Shown here piece by piece: positions 1 through 10,584 of a stretch of 64,000 nt of DNA. The position numbers were made by a program, and so were the translations under genes. The notes under the pieces were generated by a model. That model saw only the letters and a program-made list of their open reading frames with translations. It had not been told where the DNA came from and did not search any database. Each line of letters begins with the position of its first letter. Position 1 is the stretch's first letter. Origin of the DNA: Eubacteriales bacterium (lineage in GTDB: Bacteria; Bacillota; Clostridia; Lachnospirales; Lachnospiraceae); contig JAWXVD010000006.1 in assembly GCA_044425705.1 (NCBI GenBank), forward strand, positions 134 through 64,133, read 5' to 3'.

Positions 1-84
1 ATGGTGGACATTTTCACTGATGTATCAGTGTGGGTTAGTATTAAGAGTATAATTGATACTATTAATACAAATGTAGCAGCTTAA
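1..84 (+). CDS. 3' end of an unidentified upstream gene (partial)
   Basis: Frame 1 is open from the window edge to TAA at 82-84 and is followed by a strong terminator; too short to name a product. Confidence 0.3.
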   Translation: MVDIFTDVSVWVSIKSIIDTINTNVAA

Positions 85-90
85 AAAATA

Positions 91-139
91 AGGTAACAAT
101 TTTTATTTCTTCAAAAAAGTAAAAATTGTTACCTTTTTA
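91..139 (+). terminator. Rho-independent terminator
   Basis: 14-bp perfect stem AGGTAACAATTTTT / AAAAATTGTTACCT followed by a T-run. Confidence 0.7.
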
Positions 140-260
140 ATAAAAAAATTAAATTGAGTAAAATGCAATACTCTATTATACTTACTTTATCAAATAAATA
201 ACGCATGCGAAAAAAGTTAATACTAGTATAAAATGATACGATAAAGGGAGAATAAAGAGA

Positions 261-1592
261 ATGAAAAACAATTTAGTAAAAAGATTATGTGCCGTTGCTT
301 TAGCAGCAACTATGGTTCTAGGTATGGTAGGGTGTGGTTCTAGTGCAAGTACAACTACAGAATCAACAACAGAAGAAAATACCGAAACAGACGGAAGTGA
401 AGAAGTGGTATTAAATGTTTGGCATCAATGGGCAAATGATACAAATGAATTAAAAGGGATTTATGATGCAGCAGTTGCAGCATATATGGAAGAACATCCA
501 AATGTAACAATCAATACTGAAACATTAGATACAGAAGCATACAAAACAAAAATTTCTGCTGAATTTGCAGGAGATGCATCAGGAATCGACGTATTTTACT
601 ACTGGGGTGCTGGTACAGCTAAAAAATTAGTGGATGCTGGAAAATTATTATCACTAGATGATTACATTACAGAAGAAGTAGCAGCAAAAATTTTACCAGG
701 TTCAACAAGTGCATTTGAATATGATGGAAGTACTTATTCACTACCTTCCTTTTCATGGTACATGGCATTATTCTGTAACACAGCATTATTTGAAGAAGCA
801 GGTGTAGAGCTTCCAACAACTTATGATGAATTACTTGCAGCAGTGGAAGCCTTAACAGAAATCGGTGTAACACCTATCGCCTCTGGTGCGAAAGATGGTT
901 GGAATGCAGCATTTGTTTACCAAGCATTAGCCATGAGAGAAATCGGAGCTGATACAATCAATTCTATGTTAAGTGGAGAAACAGCATTTGCAGGAGATGA
1001 TGGATACCGTGCAGCGGCAGAAAAAATGTCTGAATTATATGAATTAGGTGCTTTTGGAGCAAACCCATTAGAAGGTGGAAATGATGATGCAAATGCTTCT
1101 TTTATCGCAGGAAACTCAGCAATGAGAATTATGGGTAGCTGGTTTGCAAATCAAGTATATTCAGATGAAACTGTAACAATTAATCCAGAAGATGTAGTGG
1201 CAATTAATATTCCAATGATCAATGAAGATGGTGACGCAAGTGATTACTGTGGTGGATTTATTGAATCATTCTGGGTAAACAATAGTACGGCGAATCCTGA
1301 TGTAGCAGCAGATTTTGCAATTTACATCAATGAAAAAATGGGTGCAGCTGCTTATGAAACAGGAACAGGATTTAGTGGATGGGATGTAGAAATGGACGAC
1401 AGTAACTTAAATCCATTATTCATTCAAATCAAAGAATTATTGGCAGAAAGTGAAACTGGTGTATTGGCTTGGGATACTTCTTTAGACTCTTACCCAGCAA
1501 CCATTCACAATGAAATGGTGCAAACATTATTTGCTCCAAATGCTGATATTGATGCATTTATTGAAGAACATGAAATGGCCATCAACGAATAA
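261..1592 (+). CDS. Sugar ABC transporter substrate-binding lipoprotein
   Basis: Signal peptide with lipobox (LGMVGC-GSS), Thr/Glu-rich linker, SBP-like length, followed by MalF/MalG-type permease genes; SD AAGGGAG upstream. Confidence 0.85.
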   Translation: MKNNLVKRLCAVALAATMVLGMVGCGSSASTTTESTTEENTETDGSEEVVLNVWHQWANDTNELKGIYDAAVAAYMEEHPNVTINTETLDTEAYKTKISAEFAGDASGIDVFYYWGAGTAKKLVDAGKLLSLDDYITEEVAAKILPGSTSAFEYDGSTYSLPSFSWYMALFCNTALFEEAGVELPTTYDELLAAVEALTEIGVTPIASGAKDGWNAAFVYQALAMREIGADTINSMLSGETAFAGDDGYRAAAEKMSELYELGAFGANPLEGGNDDANASFIAGNSAMRIMGSWFANQVYSDETVTINPEDVVAINIPMINEDGDASDYCGGFIESFWVNNSTANPDVAADFAIYINEKMGAAAYETGTGFSGWDVEMDDSNLNPLFIQIKELLAESETGVLAWDTSLDSYPATIHNEMVQTLFAPNADIDAFIEEHEMAINE

Positions 1593-1618
1593 AATTAGAA
1601 GTTAGTATTTTAAAAGCT

Positions 1619-1666
1619 GGAGGCTATCACAAAATATCATAATAATTTGTGGTAGTCTCCTTTTTG
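1619..1666 (+). terminator. Intra-operon hairpin (partial terminator/attenuator) after SBP gene
   Basis: 15-nt arms GGAGGCTATCACAAA / TTTGTGGTAGTCTCC (two non-Watson-Crick positions) followed by TTTTTG, between the SBP and permease genes. Confidence 0.45.
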
Positions 1667-1699
1667 TTGCAAAAAAAGTAGGAAAAGGATGGATATAGT

Positions 1700-2593
1700 A
1701 TGGATAAGATGCTAGGGAAAAAACGATATGTGGCAGTTTTTGTATTACCAGCAATGATTATGTTTGTGTGTTTTGTATTATTACCTCTTATTATGACAGG
1801 TGTATATGGATTTTTTGAATATGACGGAATAGGTTCCATGACATTTATAGGATTAGAAAATTATATTGACATGTTTACTACGGATCGATATTTTCCGCAG
1901 GCAATTGTCAATTCATTTATATTAGTAGCAGCTTCTTTATTTATTCAATTACCGATTTCATTGATATTGGCATTGATTTTAGCAAAAGGAGTAAAAGGCG
2001 AAAAGTTTTTTAGAACAGTTTATTTTATTCCAGTTGTTATTTCCAGTATGGTAATAGGTCAACTGTGGATGAAAATTTTCCACAGTGAATACGGACTGTT
2101 AAATTTATTGATTCAAGCAACGATAGATTCTGACTTTACATATTCTTGGTTATCCAATGCGCAAACAGCATTTGGTGCAACAGTTGTGCCAGCTGTGTGG
2201 CAATACATAGGATACCATATGTTGATTTTTTATGCAGGTATCAAATCTATTTCAACAGATTATTATGAAGCAGCACAAATTGACGGTGCAAAGAATTTCC
2301 AGGTGATTCGTAAGATTACCCTTCCATTGTTAGCACCAATTATTAAAACTTGTGTGATCTTTTCAATAACAGGTTCTCTAAGAGCTTTCGATTTGATTTA
2401 TGTTATGACAGGTGGTGGTCCGAATCATGCTAGTGAAGTGCCAGCCACTTTAATGTATAACAATCTATTTAGAAAAGGTTTATATGGATATGGAAGTGCA
2501 CAAGCTTTCTTTATTGTAGTAGAATGTTTGGTTTTAGCAGTAGTTATTAATCGTATTTTCAAAAAAGCGGAAGAGAACGCAACTATTGTGTAA
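1700..2593 (+). CDS. Carbohydrate ABC transporter permease (MalF/UgpA-like)
   Basis: Six hydrophobic segments and EAA-type loop (YEAAQIDGAKNFQVIRKITLPLL) typical of CUT1 permeases. Confidence 0.85.
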   Translation: MDKMLGKKRYVAVFVLPAMIMFVCFVLLPLIMTGVYGFFEYDGIGSMTFIGLENYIDMFTTDRYFPQAIVNSFILVAASLFIQLPISLILALILAKGVKGEKFFRTVYFIPVVISSMVIGQLWMKIFHSEYGLLNLLIQATIDSDFTYSWLSNAQTAFGATVVPAVWQYIGYHMLIFYAGIKSISTDYYEAAQIDGAKNFQVIRKITLPLLAPIIKTCVIFSITGSLRAFDLIYVMTGGGPNHASEVPATLMYNNLFRKGLYGYGSAQAFFIVVECLVLAVVINRIFKKAEENATIV

Positions 2594-2666
2594 GAAGCAA
2601 TGAGTGAAATACGCATCATTGTAACGATAATACAATAAGGAAAAGTGGGAGAAAGGATGAACCATT

Positions 2667-3509
2667 ATGAGAACAAATAAGAAAAAATTAGAAATAGGAA
2701 AAAAATTAGGCTATGTTGCTTTGATATTTATTGCAGTTGCACAATTATTTCCATTATATTGGCTGATTACCTTTTCTTTAAAAACAAATATCGAAATTTT
2801 TGGAGAAAACGTATTAGGTTTACCACAGGAATGGCGTTTTGTAAATTATCAAACAGCATTAACAGATGGAGGTATTTTAAGATACTTTTTAAATTCAGTA
2901 TTTTATTCTGGAGCAACAGTTGTTATAGTGGGTATCATTACAGCTATGGCGGCATATGCGATTGCTAGAATGAAATGGAAATTGAGTGGAGTTGCTTTTT
3001 CAATCTTTACTATGGGAATTATGATTCCGGGGCAGGCGACACTATTACCATTATTTCAAATTATGAATAAAACGGGGTTAAAAGGTGGTTATTTAGGATT
3101 ATTGATTCCCTATATTGCATGTTCTATCGCTATGAGTGTTATGATCTTAACTGGATTTTACAGAAATATTCCAAAAGAAATGGAAGAAGCAGCATATATT
3201 GATGGTTGCGGAATTTTTAGATGTTTTAGAACCATTATGTTACCAATGGTAAAACCAGCATTAGCCACAGCTTCCATATTTACATTTTTAGGAACATGGA
3301 ATGAATTAATGTTTGCCAATACATTAGTAGACAAAGCGGAATACAGAACCTTACCAGTTGGAATTATGTCATTCTCAGGTCAGTATTCAACAGATTGGGG
3401 ACTGATTGGTGCAGGTATGGTAATTGCTACATTGCCAACAATCTTAATATATATTCTTTTGAGTAATCAAGTACAAGACAGTTTGGTAGCAGGTGCTGTA
3501 AAGGGGTAA
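2667..3509 (+). CDS. Carbohydrate ABC transporter permease (MalG/UgpE-like)
   Basis: EAA loop (EEAAYIDGCGIFRCFRTIMLPMVKPAL), C-terminal LVAGAVKG typical of CUT1 second permease. Confidence 0.85.
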   Translation: MRTNKKKLEIGKKLGYVALIFIAVAQLFPLYWLITFSLKTNIEIFGENVLGLPQEWRFVNYQTALTDGGILRYFLNSVFYSGATVVIVGIITAMAAYAIARMKWKLSGVAFSIFTMGIMIPGQATLLPLFQIMNKTGLKGGYLGLLIPYIACSIAMSVMILTGFYRNIPKEMEEAAYIDGCGIFRCFRTIMLPMVKPALATASIFTFLGTWNELMFANTLVDKAEYRTLPVGIMSFSGQYSTDWGLIGAGMVIATLPTILIYILLSNQVQDSLVAGAVKG

Positions 3510-3627
3510 TGTATTAGCATGAAACAGGGCAGTGCCAAATTGCTTCTTTTTAGCGATTTGTGTGCATAAAATGGTAACTTTCAGCCTATGGCTGAATAGT
3601 TACCAATAAAATGACAGGAGACAGAAG

Positions 3628-6600
3628 ATGTTTGACAATAAAAATAGATTTGTAATAGAAAACTTTAATAAAAATTCCACTTTTTCTAGTTTTTTACCTG
3701 GGATTAGTGGAGAATATGGAATTCCCATGTGGTGCTTTTATGTAAATAGAGGACAAGCGGTAACTAGCTTTGGTATCGAGAATAAAAATCACTCTATTAT
3801 GGAATTTTATCCAGCCCATCAAGCATATCAAATCACTAAGAATATGGGATTCCGTACTTTTCTTAAAATTGATGGAAAATTTTACGAACCATTTCGCAGC
3901 GATGAAGCAAATACGAAGATGTATATTGGTATGAATGAATTGGAAATTGAAGAATGTAATGAAGAATTAGGATTTCAAATCAATGTTCGTTACTTTACCT
4001 TACCAAATGAGAACTTGGGTGGATTAACAAGAATTATTACAATTAAAAATACAACAAATGAGTCACACAGATTTGAAGTAATGGATGGAATGCCAGCAAT
4101 CATTCCTTACGGTATGGAACTTGATAATTTAAAAGAAATGGCACAAACCATGAAAGCATGGATGCAGGTAGAAGATGTTGAAACCAAGGTGCCATATTAT
4201 CGTGTTAGATTCAGTACAAAAGATAGTGCCCAAGTTTCAAAAATTGATGGTGGTAATTTTATGATATCTGTATCAGACGATGGAACCAAATTGCCAATTA
4301 TCGGTGATGCAGAATTAGTATTCGATTATGACACAGCCTTTGAAAAACCAGTTAGATTTATTGATACAGATGTAAATGACCTATGTTTAGAAAAACAAAT
4401 CGTGCAAAATCAAGTACCTTCTGGATTTGCCTGTGTAGCAAAAACAATTTCTAGTGATGAAACAGCCCAAATATATACAGTGATTGGGCAAGGTGCAAAT
4501 AAAGAATTAGTGAAGAATTTTGCTGATAAACAACTGGGAAAAGATTTTTTTGAGAAAAAATATGAAGAAGCATTATGTTTGACAACAGAATTAGGAGAAA
4601 TGATTGAAACAAAATCTAATAATCCTGTGTTTGACGCATATTGTAAACAAACATATTTAGACAATGTATTACGTGGTGGTTTTCCAACACCAGTAGGAAA
4701 AGATAAAATATTCTATTTATATTCTAGAAAACATGGTGATATCGAAAGGGATTATAATTTCTTTTCGATGTTACCTGAATATTTCTCACAAGGAAATGGC
4801 AATTTTAGAGATGTAAACCAAAATAGAAGAAGTGATGTGCTATTTACACCATTTGTAAAAGATTATAACATCAAAGTGTTCTATAATTTGATTCAATTAG
4901 ATGGTTATAACCCGTTATCGGTAAAACAAGTTAGCTATGTTGCAGAAAATAAGGAAGTGATTTTAGAGCAAGTTATAGGAGATAGAAGTGGATTAGAAAA
5001 ATTCCTAGAGCGTGAATTTTCACCAGGCAAATTATTTTACTATTTATCAGAAAATAAAATCACCTTGAAATGTGGTCAAGAAGAGTTTTTGGAACTTGTT
5101 ATGAACCATAGTAAAGAACAATTAAATGCTGATTTCTCAGAAGGGTATTGGACAGATCATTGGACTTATAATTTAGATCTAGTAGAGACATTTATTTCAA
5201 TTTATCCTGAGCTAGAGAAAAAATTGTTGTTTGAGGATGAGAGCTATACTTATTTTGAATCGAAAGCGGTTGTGAATCCTAGAATCAAGCGTTATGTAAA
5301 AACCGAGCAAGGGATGAGACAATATCATGCAGTGAATGAAGAATTAAAAGAAAATGTTGCCCATACAGAAGCCAGAACAAAATATGGGAAAGGTGAGGTA
5401 TATTATACTAACTTAATGACAAAATTACTTGTTCTTGCAGCCAATAAATTCACGGCTGTTGATATGCAAGGTATGGGAATTGAAATGGAAGGTGGAAAAC
5501 CAGGCTGGTATGATGCATTAAATGGTCTTCCGGGAATTTTTGGTTCTAGTATGTCAGAAACTTATGAAGTACAAAGAATGCTCCGATTTATCATAAAAGC
5601 ATTTGAAAAATATCAAGTGGAAACGAAGGTATCAAAAGAATTATATCAATTCCTTGAGACTATTGGCAATACTATGGAAAGTTACAATCAAGATAATTTA
5701 TATGTATGGAATCATTTGAACATGGCTAAGGAAATGTATCGTGAAGAAACAACTTGGGGAGTTGATGGAGAAGAAATCATTGTAAAACCAGAAAAAATCT
5801 TACCAATTTTAACACAGTGTAGCGATTACTTAGCAGATGGTATTAAAAAAGCATGTAAGATGAAAAATGGGATTGCTCCTACTTATTTTTCTTATAGTTT
5901 TTCAGATTTTGATGTTGTTGGCAGTCAGATTGTACCAAAGGACTTACAAATCGTTGAATTGCCACTATTCTTAGAAGGACCAGTGAGATACTATAAATTA
6001 TTAGAAACACAAGAAGAGAAGAAAGCTTTATATACAGCCGTAAAAGAAAGTGATTTATATGATGATAAATTGCATATGTATAAAGTGAATGCTTCTTTAG
6101 AAGATGCACCATATGAAGTAGGTAGAGCAAAAGCATTCTCACCAGGTTGGTTAGAAAATGAATCTATTTGGTTACATATGGAGTATAAATACTTATTAGA
6201 ATTATTAAAAAGTGATTTATATGAAGAGTTTTTTGAAGCCTTTGAAAAAGCTGCAGTTCCATTCTTAGATGAAAAAGTGTATGGAAGAAGTTCCTTGGAA
6301 AATTCATCATTTATTGTAAGCAGTGCTAATAGCAATAAGAAATTACATGGAAAAGGATTTGTTGCTAGATTAAGTGGATCAACCGCAGAGTTTTTACAAA
6401 TTTGGCATATGATGATGTTTGGAAAACAAATGTTTAGCATGGAAAACAATGAACTAGTTGTTTCATTTAATCCTGCCATTCCTAAAAATTTGTTGACAAG
6501 CGAAAATCAAATCACATGTACTTTGTTTGGAAATACAGAAGTTACTTATCATGTAAAAAATAGAACAAATGTGATTCCCAATGAAATAGTAATTGATAAA

Positions 6601-6720
6601 ATTTTGATGCAAATGAATGATGGTGAAAAAATCATGGTAGAAAGTGCAAAATTGAAAGGAAAAATTGCAGAAGAATTAAGAGAAGGCAGTATTAAAACAG
6701 TTGAAGTATGGATGGAATAA
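3628..6720 (+). CDS. Large (1030 aa) uncharacterised glycoside hydrolase/phosphorylase-like protein
   Basis: Long uninterrupted ORF with good SD (ACAGGAGACAGAAG), last gene of a sugar ABC operon, no signal peptide. The family assignment (cellobiose-phosphorylase-like superfamily) is only an impression from size and context. Confidence 0.55.
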   Translation: MFDNKNRFVIENFNKNSTFSSFLPGISGEYGIPMWCFYVNRGQAVTSFGIENKNHSIMEFYPAHQAYQITKNMGFRTFLKIDGKFYEPFRSDEANTKMYIGMNELEIEECNEELGFQINVRYFTLPNENLGGLTRIITIKNTTNESHRFEVMDGMPAIIPYGMELDNLKEMAQTMKAWMQVEDVETKVPYYRVRFSTKDSAQVSKIDGGNFMISVSDDGTKLPIIGDAELVFDYDTAFEKPVRFIDTDVNDLCLEKQIVQNQVPSGFACVAKTISSDETAQIYTVIGQGANKELVKNFADKQLGKDFFEKKYEEALCLTTELGEMIETKSNNPVFDAYCKQTYLDNVLRGGFPTPVGKDKIFYLYSRKHGDIERDYNFFSMLPEYFSQGNGNFRDVNQNRRSDVLFTPFVKDYNIKVFYNLIQLDGYNPLSVKQVSYVAENKEVILEQVIGDRSGLEKFLEREFSPGKLFYYLSENKITLKCGQEEFLELVMNHSKEQLNADFSEGYWTDHWTYNLDLVETFISIYPELEKKLLFEDESYTYFESKAVVNPRIKRYVKTEQGMRQYHAVNEELKENVAHTEARTKYGKGEVYYTNLMTKLLVLAANKFTAVDMQGMGIEMEGGKPGWYDALNGLPGIFGSSMSETYEVQRMLRFIIKAFEKYQVETKVSKELYQFLETIGNTMESYNQDNLYVWNHLNMAKEMYREETTWGVDGEEIIVKPEKILPILTQCSDYLADGIKKACKMKNGIAPTYFSYSFSDFDVVGSQIVPKDLQIVELPLFLEGPVRYYKLLETQEEKKALYTAVKESDLYDDKLHMYKVNASLEDAPYEVGRAKAFSPGWLENESIWLHMEYKYLLELLKSDLYEEFFEAFEKAAVPFLDEKVYGRSSLENSSFIVSSANSNKKLHGKGFVARLSGSTAEFLQIWHMMMFGKQMFSMENNELVVSFNPAIPKNLLTSENQITCTLFGNTEVTYHVKNRTNVIPNEIVIDKILMQMNDGEKIMVESAKLKGKIAEELREGSIKTVEVWME

Positions 6721-6918
6721 AGAAAATGAGCTATTTGTGATATTTATTTCATATAAATAAAATTAGAATAAATCTATGAGAAAGAATGGACAGTTATGAT
6801 GAAGTATTGTATACTATATGAAGTGGTAATAAGGTACAGATTATAGTGTATGATAATTTAAAAATCTTGATTATATGCTATTAAAATTCTTGGGAACATG
6901 AAAGGTAGAGAACGGATT

Positions 6919-7752
6919 ATGGTTAAGATTATTACAGATTCATCTTCATTATATACTGGGGAAGAAGCAGAACAATTAGGATTTCAAGCAGTACCATTGT
7001 GTATAAGCATTGATGATTGGCATGGACGTGATTTATTAATGGATATGGATAAATTTTATGGACAGATTGAAAAAGGCTATGTACCAAGTTCTTCGCAACC
7101 ACCAATCGGTGATGTGATTGAAGCATACGAAAATAATCCAGAGGTAGAATCTATTAATATTGCAATGGCTGATGGATTATCAGGAACTTATACTACTGCA
7201 TGCAGCGCAAAAGAAATGGTAGAGCATAGTGATAAAATCACAGTGTTAAATTCTAGAACATTATGCGGACCACATCGTTATCTTGTAGATAAAGCTGTAG
7301 AAATGGCACGTGAAGGAAAAGAAAAGCTGGAAATTCTTAACTGGTTAAAGGGAGCAATAGAAAAAACAGATTCTTTCTTAATGCCACAAGATTTCGCCTT
7401 TCTAAAGAGAGGTGGCAGATTAACACCTTTAGCAGGAACAATTGGCGGATTATTAAAATTAAAACCAATCCTTAGAATTACACCTGATGGAAAAAGATTA
7501 GATAAATTTGCAGTGAAGAGAACAGTAACCTCTGCTACTGCAAGTATCGTAAAACATTTTGAGAAATTACATATAGATGAACGTCATATTGTCTATATTT
7601 CTCATGCAAATGTGTTAGAAGATGCTAAAAAGGTAAAAGAAATAATCTTAGAAGCTTTTCCAAAGGTGGAAGTACAAATGTTTAAATTAAGCCCAGCATT
7701 TGTAACACAAGGTGGTCCAGGTTGTATCGCTATTCAATATATTGAAAAATAA
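6919..7752 (+). CDS. DegV family fatty-acid-binding protein
   Basis: N-terminal MVKIITDSSS.. signature and length typical of DegV; ATG at 6919 preferred over the upstream ORF start at 6898. Confidence 0.85.
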   Translation: MVKIITDSSSLYTGEEAEQLGFQAVPLCISIDDWHGRDLLMDMDKFYGQIEKGYVPSSSQPPIGDVIEAYENNPEVESINIAMADGLSGTYTTACSAKEMVEHSDKITVLNSRTLCGPHRYLVDKAVEMAREGKEKLEILNWLKGAIEKTDSFLMPQDFAFLKRGGRLTPLAGTIGGLLKLKPILRITPDGKRLDKFAVKRTVTSATASIVKHFEKLHIDERHIVYISHANVLEDAKKVKEIILEAFPKVEVQMFKLSPAFVTQGGPGCIAIQYIEK

Positions 7753-7942
7753 AGAAGATTACGTGCAACCACCCTATTTCGGTGATAGGTACAGCCTACT
7801 ATTTTAGTTTCTAAAAAATAAATCATTTTGCAAATTTATTTTATACAGATATCCCTCAAATTATCACACAAATATCTTTTCTAAAAATAGGGTTTGAAAT
7901 CAATTTTTAGAATGTAAAAGTGTTGTTTGGTTTGAGGGATTT

Positions 7943-8869
7943 TTAATGGACATATGATTTACCTTGCCATATATCTTTTTCTTTAAAATAGTTTGTTATA
8001 CAATTCAAGACATGTCTTTTGTTGCTACTCCAGAGAGGTGCAATTAACAAACTTTTAGGGCCATCTCCTGTGATTCTATGGACGGTAATATCAGGTCTAA
8101 GTGTACAAATGCATTTTCCAAGTAGATCTAAATATTCATCTAAGGTAGGAACAAAAAAAGGATTCGTTTCATAAATAGTGGCTAAATCGGTACCCGTTAA
8201 AACATGTAATAATTGTAATTTAATCCCTTGAATATCCTGTGTATTTAAATATTTGATGGTTTCCAAAATACCATCTCTTTCTTCTGAAGGCAAACCTATT
8301 ATAGTATGAACGATGACTGTGATATTTCTTTTCCGCAGGTTGGTAACTGCTGTTTCAAAAACACAAAGGGGATATCCTCGTCGAATAAAAGCAGCACTTT
8401 TTTCATTGGAAGTCTGCAATCCTAATTCAATCCAAACAGGTTTGATTTGGTTCAATTCATCTAGTAGATTTAACACATCATCATTTAAACAATCAGGTCT
8501 AGTGGCAATCGATAGTATTTTTACTTGAGAATCTGAAAGTGCTTCATGATATATTTTCCTTAAATAGTCGATTTTTCCATAAGTATTGGTATAAGCTTGG
8601 AAATATGCGATATAAGAAGAGGCAACAGTTTTCTTTGTTAATAAGTCTTTTCCTTTTTCTAATTGTCGTGTAATGGAATCTCTAGCATTTCCAGCAAAAT
8701 CACCAGATCCATTTTCACTACAGAAGATACAGCCTCTTGTATCTATGGTCCCATCTCTGTTAGGGCAAGTAAGTCCTGCATCTAGTGAAATTTTATATAA
8801 TTTTTCTCCAAAAGTTTCTCTTGCATAATGATTTAAAGAATAATAACGATCATTTTTCCAAGGTTCCAT
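7943..8869 (-). CDS. TIGR01212-family radical SAM protein (YtqA/YhcC-like)
   Basis: CPNRDGTIDTRGCIFCS cluster motif, ~308 aa, characteristic of TIGR01212. Confidence 0.85.
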   Translation of the reverse strand: MEPWKNDRYYSLNHYARETFGEKLYKISLDAGLTCPNRDGTIDTRGCIFCSENGSGDFAGNARDSITRQLEKGKDLLTKKTVASSYIAYFQAYTNTYGKIDYLRKIYHEALSDSQVKILSIATRPDCLNDDVLNLLDELNQIKPVWIELGLQTSNEKSAAFIRRGYPLCVFETAVTNLRKRNITVIVHTIIGLPSEERDGILETIKYLNTQDIQGIKLQLLHVLTGTDLATIYETNPFFVPTLDEYLDLLGKCICTLRPDITVHRITGDGPKSLLIAPLWSSNKRHVLNCITNYFKEKDIWQGKSYVH

Positions 8870-9000
8870 TATGTCCCCTTTCTATATAAATACTTGATAT
8901 TGGTAGAATTTCTGTTCCTTTTTGTGGCGTAGCAGTGAAAAGTAATCGAATTTCTATTGTTATAGTTTAAAGGTTTGTGAAAGATATTACAAGGGATATA

Positions 9001-9112
9001 AAAATGTGTAAAATAAGAAAAAATTATAGCGAAAAACGTGTAAATATCTATAAAAATATTGCGATAAAACGTGTAAAAAATATATTATATATATGGTTAA
9101 AATGTGTAAAAT
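9001..9112 (+). repeat. Four iteron-like direct repeats AAAAYGTGTAAAA spaced 31-33 bp apart
   Basis: Copies at 9001, 9032, 9065 and 9098 in the divergent intergenic region between the radical SAM and DUF4143 ATPase genes. Confidence 0.6.
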
Positions 9113-9263
9113 ATTTGAATTTGGTAAGAGTATAGTGTATACTTGTAAAAAGGGTATAGACCAAATTATTTTATTTATATTTGAATTTTAAAATGAAGTA
9201 TTAATAATCTTATATTAGAATCGGATACGCAAATCAGATTTTTCAGCAAAAGGTCGCTTCGAA

Positions 9264-10574
9264 ATGGAGGAAAGCATGAAAAGAAATATCATGTACGAAT
9301 TGATAAAATGGAAAAAAAGTGATGACAGAAAACCTTTGATTATTAGAGGTGCTAGGCAAGTTGGAAAAACTTGGATAATGAAAGAGTTTGGTCATTCATA
9401 TTACAATAATTATGTTTATTTTAATTTCGATGAAGAACAAGAATTATCATCTATTTTTGATACCAACAAAAATCCTCATAGGATTATAGAATTATTAGGA
9501 TTACTATGGGGAGAGAAAATTGAGCCAGAACACACATTGATTATTTTTGATGAAATACAGGAATGTTCGTCTGCATTAAATGCACTAAAATATTTCAAAG
9601 AAAAAGCAAATGAATATCATGTTATAGCTGCTGGAAGTCTATTAGGAACGTTATTAGCGCAACCAAAATCTTACCCTGTTGGTATGGTAAACCTACTTAC
9701 TATGTATCCCTTGAAATATGATGAATTTTTAGCGGCTACAGATTCTTCATTATATCAATATTATTTACAAATAGAAAAGAATAGTGTAATAGAAGAGATA
9801 TTTCATATAAAATTACTTGAAATATATCAGTATTACTTAATTATAGGTGGTATGCCCGAGTGTGTTGATAATTGGATTAAATACAAAGATCCTTTAAAAA
9901 TCCAGCAAATTCAAAAAGAATTAATTAGTATTTATGAAAATGATTTTGCAAAACATAATGGTAGAGTAAATAGTGGAAGAATTCTGATGGTATTTCGAAG
10001 TATTGTTTCACAATTAGCAAAAGAAAATGGTAAGTTTGTCTATGGACTTATAAGAGAAGGTGCTAGAGCAAGAGAGTATGAAGAGGCAATCGAATGGCTT
10101 GTTACAGCTGGGATTATTAATAGGGTATATAATGTATCGAAACCAGAACATCCATTGGCAGCACATGATAAGCTGAATTTTTTTAAATTATATTTATTTG
10201 ATACAGGATTATTAAAGCAAATGGCAGGTGTTGACAATGCGGCTATTCTAATTAAATCAGATTTTCAATTCAAAGGACCGCTAACAGAAAACTTTGTACT
10301 ACAGCAATTAAAAGGTAAATATGATTCGGAAGTACATTATTATGCAAATAACCAAAATGAAATAGATTATTTAATTCAAGATGGATTAGATATCATACCA
10401 CTTGAGGTGAAGGCTGGTGAAAATAAATCAGCAAATAGTTTTAAAAATTATATAAAATACTATCAACCGCGAGAAGCAATTAGATTTTCAAAAATGAATT
10501 ATAAAAGAGACGGTGAATTTATGAATATACCATTATACTTATCTGCTAAAGTAGAGATTTTTTTACAAAAATAG
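9264..10574 (+). CDS. AAA-family ATPase with DUF4143-type C-terminal region
   Basis: Walker A GARQVGKT, Walker B LIIFDEIQ, typical AAA_14/DUF4143 architecture; the start may instead be ATG 9276 (SD GGAGGA). Confidence 0.8.
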   Translation: MEESMKRNIMYELIKWKKSDDRKPLIIRGARQVGKTWIMKEFGHSYYNNYVYFNFDEEQELSSIFDTNKNPHRIIELLGLLWGEKIEPEHTLIIFDEIQECSSALNALKYFKEKANEYHVIAAGSLLGTLLAQPKSYPVGMVNLLTMYPLKYDEFLAATDSSLYQYYLQIEKNSVIEEIFHIKLLEIYQYYLIIGGMPECVDNWIKYKDPLKIQQIQKELISIYENDFAKHNGRVNSGRILMVFRSIVSQLAKENGKFVYGLIREGARAREYEEAIEWLVTAGIINRVYNVSKPEHPLAAHDKLNFFKLYLFDTGLLKQMAGVDNAAILIKSDFQFKGPLTENFVLQQLKGKYDSEVHYYANNQNEIDYLIQDGLDIIPLEVKAGENKSANSFKNYIKYYQPREAIRFSKMNYKRDGEFMNIPLYLSAKVEIFLQK

Positions 10575-10584
10575 GAGAATGCAT

